32,000 bases of DNA from Candidatus Heimdallarchaeota archaeon (lineage in GTDB: Archaea > Asgardarchaeota > Heimdallarchaeia > JABLTI01): NCBI GenBank assembly GCA_030614005.1, contig JAUWKS010000037.1:119-32118 (forward strand), written 5' to 3'. The notes beneath the pieces were generated by a model. The model worked only from the letters and a program-made list of their open reading frames with translations. It made no database searches and was not told the origin of the DNA. Made by a program: the position numbers and the translations under genes. Below, piece after piece: positions 1-8,000 of this stretch. Positions within the stretch are counted from its first letter, which is position 1. Each line of letters begins with the position of its first letter.

Positions 1-83
1 CTCGTGCTACATAAAATTACTTGATCTTCAAGCGTTTATTCTTCTCCATGTCTTATTTGTCCATATTTCATGACAGCAGTTGA

Positions 84-644
84 AGCCCTCGATTCAAAGA
101 ACTATCTGGGGAGATATTTGCAGATGTAGAATTTGATACTTTTCTTCGTGCTTTAAATAAAGTAAATCCATCCAAGATTCGTGTTGAAGCGGATCCAGTA
201 ACCTACTCACTTCATATTATTTTGCGCTATGAAATCGAGAAGGAACTATTCGCTGGAAAACTTTCTTTAGATGACTTGCCAAAGGTTTGGAATCAAAAAA
301 TGAAAGATTATCTGGGAATTGAAATTGAAAATGATGCAGAAGGTGTCTTACAAGATACTCATTGGGCTGGTGGTGGTTTTGGCTACTTCCCTGATTATGC
401 GTTGGGTAATATATATGATGGGCAGCTTCTCTGGAAGATGGAACAGGATATTCCTAATTGGAGAGCTCAAGTTAAAAAAGGTGATAACTCAAAAATCGTA
501 AAATGGATGATTGACCAAGTTCATCAAAAAGGCAATATTCTAGATGCACTCGATTTAATCAAAGAAATTACCGGTAAAGAACTGTCAACAAAATACTTCC
601 TAGATTATTTACAAAACGAATACAAAAAATTGTATAATTTGTAG
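84..644 (+). pseudogene. Carboxypeptidase M32 (thermostable carboxypeptidase 1 family), C-terminal part only
   Basis: The frame of ORF 222..644 is open from nt 84 and reads PRFKELSGEIFADVEFDTFLRALNKVNPSKIRVEADPVTYSLHIILRYEIEK...WNQKMKDYLG...GVLQDTHWAGGGFGYFPDYALG, the M32 C-terminal signatures. In-frame TGA (81-83) and TAA (12-14) lie upstream, and nt 1-83 shows no M32-like text in any + frame. Confidence 0.85.
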
Positions 645-690
645 GAAAATTCTCTTCGGAGATTTTCTTCCAAAACTTCAAACATAAGGA

Positions 691-1289
691 TTGTCGATAT
701 ATTTGTTATTCAAAGATATTGTTGATAAATTTGATTGGGCTTTAATAGAAAAAAGATTTTTTGAAATCTACCCTGATATGAATCATAATAGTGAAAAATT
801 CACCAACGTTCTTAAGACACTGAAAGAACTACCAATAGATACAGCAGAGGAAGATATTGTTTTACTAATCGTTCATATTACTGAGGATTATACTAAGAAA
901 CCTGCTGATTATCATGAAGTAACCGGTTTCAATCTTGATAAGGAAGAAAATTTTGGAATAGCCTTTATGTCATGGGAAAAATGGCTAGGTATGGATGTTC
1001 GTCACAAACACTAACTAACTATGATCTTGAGAGTATTTTGATTCACAGTATTTGGGAAATGACCTATTATGGTTTTACTCAGGATGAAATTCTAGAAGAA
1101 AGGTCTGGGACTAAAAATGAAGATGAGTTTAGAACAGTAACTCTTAGTAACGGTTTAGAAATACAAATTCCATTGGTGATGTTTGACGACGAAGAAGAAG
1201 CTTTAAACGCCTTCATTAAAAGGATTGAACAATTTTCTGGTACGAAAGAAGAATTAATGAAGAAAATTGAAGAAGGCAAAGCTTTCTAA
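691..1289 (+). pseudogene. DUF6557-like protein split by a one-base frameshift near nt 997-1002
   Basis: ORFs 691..1014 and 972..1289 join into one continuous pattern: ...IAFMSWEKWLGMDV / SQTLTNYDLESILIHSIWEMTYYGF. This matches my recall of DUF6557 (W.EWLGM.I...TL......I..H..WEMT..GF). Could be a sequencing error rather than a true pseudogene. Confidence 0.65.
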
Positions 1290-1401
1290 AATAATTGTTT
1301 CTTTCAGCATTCTGCAATGAATTTTAGCCTTTTTTTGTCTTTTTAATCAGTATATTTCGAAATATATAATATTAGCTGAGTTCAATACTCACTAAAATCA
1401 T

Positions 1402-2190
1402 GTGGAATTACCATTTATGAAATCTCCATCTGGAATTGATGATATAGCCATTACGGATTCTGAGGATATAGCTGTCAGTCGGTCTCAAGAGTTATGTGAC
1501 TTGATAATCCATTTTACCCCTCAACAGAAAACTGATGATTTTTACAAATGGTTAAAGGAATTTTCACAATACAATATTGAATACCCACGAAACAAAGAAA
1601 TACATGATGTCTTAGCAAAATCTTTGAAAGAAGCAATTCGATTATTTGGTGAGCGAAAAACCTTTGCAGATATGTTGTATGTTCTTGATGAATTATACTC
1701 TCTTTACGCAAAGAGTTTTGAATCTGAATATATGAGTGAAATATTAGCGGAAGCATATGCTGTTGCGATTTTCTATCTACGAGGTTCGTGGGATATCGAA
1801 GGAACATCAACACTTCTAAAACGACTTCGAGATTTGCTTAAAAACCATCCCAAGAATAACAAAATCGCTGTGCAATATGCAAAAAGTTATTCCGATGCAA
1901 TAAATCGTTTTTGTTCCGACAGGCATAATTTTACTTGCGATAAGCTCTTGTTTGAATTACGTATGTTTGCAAATAAAACCAAAGACAATGAATCGATTCA
2001 ATATGAGTTTGCTCAAGCATTAACAAGTGTTATTGGCACATTTGCCCGAGAAGAACGTTTTGAAGAGCTTGAAAGAGTTTTGAATGAATTGCGTCAAATT
2101 GCTAGTAGATTCCCTAAAAGTGAGAAAATTCAATTACTCTTAACTCGTGGAACTATTCTCTCATCTCTTGCAGATAATAGCGCCGAGTAA
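1402..2190 (+). CDS. Alpha-helical tandem-repeat protein (44-aa period, TPR/ARM-like), function unknown
   Basis: 262-aa ORF with four full and one partial gap-free 44-aa repeats starting at residues 51, 95, 139, 183 and 227. The start may be GTG 1402 or ATG 1417. Confidence 0.75.
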   Translation: MELPFMKSPSGIDDIAITDSEDIAVSRSQELCDLIIHFTPQQKTDDFYKWLKEFSQYNIEYPRNKEIHDVLAKSLKEAIRLFGERKTFADMLYVLDELYSLYAKSFESEYMSEILAEAYAVAIFYLRGSWDIEGTSTLLKRLRDLLKNHPKNNKIAVQYAKSYSDAINRFCSDRHNFTCDKLLFELRMFANKTKDNESIQYEFAQALTSVIGTFAREERFEELERVLNELRQIASRFPKSEKIQLLLTRGTILSSLADNSAE

Positions 2191-2223
2191 TTTTTAAAAA
2201 AAAGAGAAAAAAAGAAGAATGTT

Positions 2224-2720
2224 TTATTGATTTTTTCTTCTTTTCATTCTTATCAGACCAAAGGAAATTATTGCTAATGTACTAATAAGAAATATTCCAC
2301 TTAAAGTAAACAGTTCAAGACAATATTATTTGTTGGTTCTAAACCATTGATGATATTTGTTACACCAATTTTTGGGTCATGGATAATGATCTCTCCATGT
2401 TGGTAATTCAAAAAGATCTTTTGTTCTTCATCGTCGATATCTTCAGGATTGGTTAAAACAGGCGTTTCTTCTCCATCTATGGTAGCATTTCCAACCCAAG
2501 AGAAAAAGCCAATATAATCATCCACATTGATTTCTATTTCTTCTTCATCTTCGTCATTTATATCAAATATCAGAAAATTATCATTGGAACCATTTGCGAA
2601 AGAAATAGCTGTTGTAGATATAATTATTCAATTAGAAATAGTGAGAGGAGGACCTGTAAATCTTTTTTAAGTAATTGTTTCATTTAATTTTTCATCTTCA
2701 AAATAAATTCGACTAAGAAT
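2224..2720 (-). pseudogene. Decayed C-terminal fragment of a membrane-anchored cell-surface protein
   Basis: One frame reads ILSRIYFEDEKLNETIT*KRFTGPPLTISN*IIISTTAISFANG...FFSWVGNATIDGEETPV...IFLNYQHGEIIIHDPKIGV. After a frameshift near nt 2320 it continues LFTLSGIFLISTLAIISFGLIRMKRRKNQ* (TM helix plus basic tail, stop at 2224-2226). Two internal stops and no N-terminus. Confidence 0.6.
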
Positions 2721-2728
2721 TTAGTCGA
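2709..2728. repeat. Perfect inverted repeat TCGACTAA-gaat-TTAGTCGA
   Basis: 8-bp arms (2709-2716, 2721-2728) with a 4-nt spacer, read directly from the sequence. Function unknown. Confidence 0.8.
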
Positions 2729-2960
2729 TAGATACCATATGGAGGATTTTCCGTATATATGATTACGATTAGAAACTAATGAATAAATGGAAAATTTATT
2801 TAGTATCTAAAAATGGGCTTATTTTATTGTGAATACTTTCGTCTTAATCTTGCCATTGTCTTTAAAAGACATAATCTTTTTTTGTGTATAATAACCTTAA
2901 TTCTAACTACCATTTAATTGTTAATTGTAGGAGAAAATAAATTCAGGGTTTGAGTCTTCG

Positions 2961-3833
2961 ATGTCTGAAAAACAAAAAGAAATTTTGATTGCTGTAAAGG
3001 AAAATGTGGAAAAAATTGAATCTGAACGATATAATTCCGAAGATCCAGTTGTTACTATTGGTAAAAGTGATTCTCATCAAGAAGTAATAGTGAAATTACT
3101 AACATCAGAACGAACTGGTGCACCATTAATACTAGAAAAGGAAACGCTTAACCCAGCAGAAGATTTGGCTAAGGGGAATTTTTCTAAAGGTGTTCGAGCG
3201 TTGAATTCTTGGCAATTTAGAAAAAGTTCTGCTCATTTTACAGAAGCAGCAAACCTTGCCCGCGAACTAGTTTTACAACAAAGAATCAATCTCTATAAAC
3301 AGCTACATCCATTATTGCAATCTGCTGTTTTGACATCACCTGATAAAATAGTAAAAAGTAAAGGAAAATTATTCACCGAAGTTCTTAATTCACTGAAAAA
3401 ATATGATAAATTGTCTGAAGATGAGCAATATTATTATCAAAGGACTATAGATTCTCTTTTTGGTATTGCCGGTTTACTTGTTGCTGGTGATAAAAAAACA
3501 CGCACTCAACAGCTATTTGCAAGATGCACTATTTCTTTAGGTAATCGTGAATATCTCGCAGCTAATATTTGGTTGTATAAAATTTATTTACTGAACAAAA
3601 ATGCATTTGATTCCATAGTTGATAGTGATAAAATTTTTCAAAAAGCACTCAAATCTCTCCAATTATTCGTTGAAGTAGAAACAGGTCTTAAAGGATCTAT
3701 TGAAGATTTGCCAACAATGGCAAGTGCTTTTGATTTACAAACTATTTTTGCTGATCATCTTAAAACTATTTTTGACGTTGAATTCGTTGCTGAAACAAAG
3801 AAAGACTTTAGTTTTCAACAATTTCGTATGTAG
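2961..3833 (+). CDS. Hypothetical helical protein, possibly a degenerate TIGR02710/Csm6-like scaffold
   Basis: Clean 290-aa ORF. Segments ETLNPAEDLAKGNFSKGVRALNSWQFRKSSAHF and QLFARCTISLGNREYLAANIWLYK resemble remembered TIGR02710 patterns, but no HEPN RxxxxH motif is seen. The CDS is well supported; the family call is tentative. Confidence 0.55.
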   Translation: MSEKQKEILIAVKENVEKIESERYNSEDPVVTIGKSDSHQEVIVKLLTSERTGAPLILEKETLNPAEDLAKGNFSKGVRALNSWQFRKSSAHFTEAANLARELVLQQRINLYKQLHPLLQSAVLTSPDKIVKSKGKLFTEVLNSLKKYDKLSEDEQYYYQRTIDSLFGIAGLLVAGDKKTRTQQLFARCTISLGNREYLAANIWLYKIYLLNKNAFDSIVDSDKIFQKALKSLQLFVEVETGLKGSIEDLPTMASAFDLQTIFADHLKTIFDVEFVAETKKDFSFQQFRM

Positions 3834-3850
3834 TATTTGGAGTCGATAGC

Positions 3851-6800
3851 ATGGAACACATCACAAAGAGTCTCGAGATACTCCAAAAAACACCGGGAGA
3901 ACCACAGTTTGTTGATTTTCAAGTTCTTGCTGTTAGGCTGCGGGATGCAGAAAGAGGGTATCACTTAGCTCTACGTATACTTGAACCTGAAACTAGAAAC
4001 CAAATATGCAAAGCAATTATTTATCCGATGGAATGGTACCCAGGACGGTATGACGATCCTTCATTTTCACATTATCACAGTGTTCTTAGATATTGTTATG
4101 CTGGACTCACCTCCGAAGGAAGACCTGCTGAACTGCTGCTACAAGTTATGAAAGCTGTTTGGAAACCTGAAAAACCAAAACCATCTGAAAAATCTACTGG
4201 TACTCATCTAGGTCAATTAGTAATTCTCAAATTTATTATTTCACCTGATTACAATATAACAGGTGGTGAACTCGAGTTAGCTTTTAATTGCCCTGCTAAA
4301 TATTTTTATGAATCATTCCTAGGGTTACAAAGAGCGATTCGTAATGCTCCTACGTCTATTGGATTTGTTAGAGGAAATGCTATTCATAAAGGAATACAAT
4401 ATGCTTCAAATGAATGGGTGCAAAGTGCTGACCCTGTAGCTGCAATGAAATCGTACAATAGAGCAGTTATTGATGAGTGGAGAGATAATTTTGCTGTTTT
4501 ACTTCGCAAAAATTATTTTAGAGGCCCAACAAAAGATTTGAAATTACCTGTTCAAGTAGATTCCATAGTAGTTGATCAAATAGCTGAAAAATTCACTGGT
4601 ATAAAAGAAACGCAACTGTTGAACGAATGTCTATTATTTTCACCTGAAAGAGGTATTTCCGGGAGAGCAGATCAGATCATACTAAAGGAAGATCAAGATG
4701 AACTTTGGGAGATAAAAACAGGGAGTAGATATTTCATTGAATCTGACTATGATCCCTTAACTGGAGTAACTCATCCTGGCGGGATACAAGCATTTGCCTA
4801 TCATGACATCGTGAAAAAAGTGCTAGGACGAGCTCCAAAAGTTTTCATTGAATTTTTTGATGCTGATGCAGGAATGGAGGAGGGTAATCCAGAGATAATT
4901 CCATTGCAAGATCATGCTGTAATAAAGAGGAGAAAAATAGATCTTTCCAACACTCAAAGTGATGAATATCTTGACTTGCTTCTTCAAACAAGAAACATAT
5001 CATTTGCAATTGAATCTGGTTTACTGTCTGGGTATGATCGCTATAAAATAAACAAATTCCTATCAAGAAGATTCATGCCTGCTTTAGGGACAGATTTTAA
5101 CCTTCTTAGCAGCAATTGGAATCGTATTTGCAATTACTGTCCTTCAAATCAACAAGGTATTTGTTCTGATGGTCGAATTCGATTAGATACAGACATCTGG
5201 TTACATTTCCCTCAAGATTTGTATGAATACTGGTCTTGGTATTTCAGACAATTAAGATTTGAATTAAATAATGTTAAAAGACATCTACATCGACTCGCAA
5301 CAACACAAATTTCTGTCCTTGAAGAACAAGGAGTCACTATCTCAGATCTCGAGATGAAAAAATTTGACCCGTACAGATATATTCTCACTTTATCTTCAAA
5401 AAAGAGGATTTTCACCCGAATTCGTGAAGGTGACAGTGTTTTTGTCACTCCTTCCACATTGAAACCGGGAGAAATTTTTAGTGTAGAGGGGAAAGTTGAA
5501 TCTCTCACTACAGATGAAGTGGTCATTAAAACACGCTCTACTTTAAAGTCTCGAGGTAAACAGTCAAAAGAATTTAGGATAGATCAAGTACAAAATGTAA
5601 TTTTTTCCAAATGGCAAACTCGCTCTCTCACTGATTTCCTCTTTGAATCAATGAGGAGAACGAATATTCTAGGTAGAAAGTTATCTAGTAAAGAATTGCC
5701 TAGAACAGTACAGCTTATTATTGGAACCACAAAACCGCGAAAAATTAAACCCGTTAGTAGAAAACGATTACTAAAGAATTTAGACAAATTTAAGGTTGAA
5801 GCGATCGAAAAAGCATTAGGTTTGGAACCAGGTGAATTTCTGTTAGTTCAAGGACCACCCGGAACTGGAAAAACAAGAATGATCTCTCAACTTGCTCGAG
5901 AAATTTTCTCCGAAAAATATCTTCTTCATTCAAAAGATACTAATGAAACGGATTATACTCTTCCAAAACCAGTTCTCATTCTAGCAAATACTCACAGAGC
6001 TGCAGATGAAGTTATTATAAAATTGCGTTCATTTGAAGATTTGAAACCGTATATTGTCAGATTGGAATCTTATTCAAAAAATCATCCTAAAGAAGTTCAA
6101 GAGTTTATTATTCCAAATAGAGTTGAATACTCAGAACACTTTAAAGAAAAAGCAGACCCTAATCTTTTGGTTTCTATTCTTAAGAAAGGCATAGCTATGT
6201 ACAAACAAGCAGGAATCATTGTTGGTACTCTGGGAAGTGTTGGTAATAATCTCTTAAAGGGTTTAAATTTTAATTGGGTAATTATTGATGAAGCTGGGCA
6301 AGCTACTGAGCCTGCTTCACTAGGTGCACTCCGCCATTTATGTCCACCTTCCGATTCAGAAGATGGTTATCCACGAATAGTTTTAGTTGGGGATCACAAT
6401 CAATTACCTCCCGTAGTTTCGGAAGAAACAATTGAACACACTCCACCTGTTCCTAAAGTGCTTCTCAAATCCGGTTTAACGAAAACAGATACGCTCAAGA
6501 CATCACTTTTTGAACGATTGTTCCGAATGTGGAAAGAGAAATCTAACAACGTTGTTATCTTAGCTGATCAATATCGAATGAATGAGGCAATTTCAAGAAT
6601 AATTAAAAATGCTTTTTATCCTAAAATAAACTACGTTCCTGCTAATGATTCTATTGGAAAGCATACTTTGAAGGATTTTTTGGGTGCTTTCACTCCTACA
6701 CGAACGCTAGATCCAAAGAAATTATCAAACCAAATTTTCGATTATAAAATACCTATTGTTTTACTAAACTCGGAAAACGACCCAAATGGTCTGGAAGGAG

Positions 6801-7330
6801 TAGAGGATACTGAAATTCAAACCGAATCTCGTTTTAATATTCGAGAAGCAAAAATAATTGGCTCATTACTAGCTGAATTTCTAATGAATTATTCTGAAGA
6901 GGATCAAATTGTCATAGCAAAACAAATAGGAGTAATTTCTCCCTACCGTCATCAGAATAATTTGATTTATGGTGAATTGCGTACGAAGAAATTCTCTGCT
7001 GCTGTTATTGAGCAGATAAGAGTTGATACCGTTGATAGATATCAGGGTGATGAGCGAGAAATTATCCTCTTGAGTTTAACAAATAGTAACGAACTTAATG
7101 CTATCGGTCAGTTGCATCGCGAATGGCGACGAATGAATGTTTCAATCAGTAGAGCCAAAGCTAAGCTTGTAATCATAGGCAATAAACAAACTTTCATTTC
7201 ACCCAGTTCTGAAAGCAAAGATGCTGAAGCAAAAGAAAAATTCAAGAAAATGTTTGATACGATTGAGGTATTAAAGAACGAAAAATTAGCTTTAGAACTT
7301 CCTACAGCGAAACTATTCACTGATGAATGA
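3851..7330 (+). CDS. Dna2-like nuclease-helicase (Fe-S PD-(D/E)XK nuclease plus SF1B Upf1/Dna2 helicase)
   Basis: Nuclease part: IISPDYNITGGELELAFNCPAK (C147), GNAIHKGIQ, SPERGISGRAD (D274), WEIKTG (E287, K289), QAFAY, and C427-x2-C430-x7-C438. Helicase part: GPPGTGKT, DEAGQ, LVGDHNQLPPV, SLFERL, QYRM, TVDRYQGDE, RRMNVSISRAK. Confidence 0.92.
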   Translation: MEHITKSLEILQKTPGEPQFVDFQVLAVRLRDAERGYHLALRILEPETRNQICKAIIYPMEWYPGRYDDPSFSHYHSVLRYCYAGLTSEGRPAELLLQVMKAVWKPEKPKPSEKSTGTHLGQLVILKFIISPDYNITGGELELAFNCPAKYFYESFLGLQRAIRNAPTSIGFVRGNAIHKGIQYASNEWVQSADPVAAMKSYNRAVIDEWRDNFAVLLRKNYFRGPTKDLKLPVQVDSIVVDQIAEKFTGIKETQLLNECLLFSPERGISGRADQIILKEDQDELWEIKTGSRYFIESDYDPLTGVTHPGGIQAFAYHDIVKKVLGRAPKVFIEFFDADAGMEEGNPEIIPLQDHAVIKRRKIDLSNTQSDEYLDLLLQTRNISFAIESGLLSGYDRYKINKFLSRRFMPALGTDFNLLSSNWNRICNYCPSNQQGICSDGRIRLDTDIWLHFPQDLYEYWSWYFRQLRFELNNVKRHLHRLATTQISVLEEQGVTISDLEMKKFDPYRYILTLSSKKRIFTRIREGDSVFVTPSTLKPGEIFSVEGKVESLTTDEVVIKTRSTLKSRGKQSKEFRIDQVQNVIFSKWQTRSLTDFLFESMRRTNILGRKLSSKELPRTVQLIIGTTKPRKIKPVSRKRLLKNLDKFKVEAIEKALGLEPGEFLLVQGPPGTGKTRMISQLAREIFSEKYLLHSKDTNETDYTLPKPVLILANTHRAADEVIIKLRSFEDLKPYIVRLESYSKNHPKEVQEFIIPNRVEYSEHFKEKADPNLLVSILKKGIAMYKQAGIIVGTLGSVGNNLLKGLNFNWVIIDEAGQATEPASLGALRHLCPPSDSEDGYPRIVLVGDHNQLPPVVSEETIEHTPPVPKVLLKSGLTKTDTLKTSLFERLFRMWKEKSNNVVILADQYRMNEAISRIIKNAFYPKINYVPANDSIGKHTLKDFLGAFTPTRTLDPKKLSNQIFDYKIPIVLLNSENDPNGLEGVEDTEIQTESRFNIREAKIIGSLLAEFLMNYSEEDQIVIAKQIGVISPYRHQNNLIYGELRTKKFSAAVIEQIRVDTVDRYQGDEREIILLSLTNSNELNAIGQLHREWRRMNVSISRAKAKLVIIGNKQTFISPSSESKDAEAKEKFKKMFDTIEVLKNEKLALELPTAKLFTDE

Positions 7331-7353
7331 ACTGAATTAACAAGAGGATATGA

Positions 7354-7890
7354 TTGATTATGTTAACGGCAGAAAAATTACCGGAAATAATAGCTGAGCT
7401 TTTGGCTTTAGAAGAAATTGGATGTACATATGATTTCAAAGAACGCTATGGTGTTGGGTTAAATAGTTTAGAGGTATTAGGCTTAACTAAGCTTATCAAA
7501 ACGCGTATTCCAAAATGTGGTGATCATTGTACAAAATACCGTGATTGTCAATATATACCATTGTTTGAAAAAAGAAAGAGCAAAACAAAATATCGATTAA
7601 CTAAAGAAGGAAAAATTCTAGCTGATTATCTTTCTTCTGATGCTGTCACTAGCGCGAATATCAAATCATTGCTTCAAAAAGAATTCAGTAATTATTCCTT
7701 TGTAGATTTGATTCTGTCTCTTCTGATGGATAACCCCGAATTAGCAATTGAGAAATTAGTTTCAAGCATTTTAGAAACTACCAACTCAACACTATACAGT
7801 ATTCGTACTTCTATTCGAGATATTTTGGATTTACTTGTATCATTAGAGTTACTGGTTATACACGAAGGGAAAATAACCATTTATACTTGA
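7354..7890 (+). CDS. Tandem winged-helix protein with a Cys-rich insertion
   Basis: 178 aa. First wHTH-like unit: LNSLEVLGL...KYRLTKEG, with CGDHCTKYRDC inserted in the wing. Second unit: IRTSIRDILDLLVSLELLVIHEGKI. Starts 23 nt after the helicase stop. Confidence 0.6.
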   Translation: MIMLTAEKLPEIIAELLALEEIGCTYDFKERYGVGLNSLEVLGLTKLIKTRIPKCGDHCTKYRDCQYIPLFEKRKSKTKYRLTKEGKILADYLSSDAVTSANIKSLLQKEFSNYSFVDLILSLLMDNPELAIEKLVSSILETTNSTLYSIRTSIRDILDLLVSLELLVIHEGKITIYT

Positions 7891-8000
7891 AAGAATGATT
7901 TTTAAGTGGTATTTGAGTGATATATTAATTAATTTAGCTGTAAAGAGACAAAGATATTTTATAGTCATAAATCATTCAAATTTAGAGCTTAAATTGTGTT

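Noticed and set aside
3851-5200. Cas4-like nuclease suggesting a CRISPR adaptation locus
   Set aside because: No repeat-spacer array, cas1 or cas2 in the window; the domain is fused to an SF1B helicase in Dna2 order.
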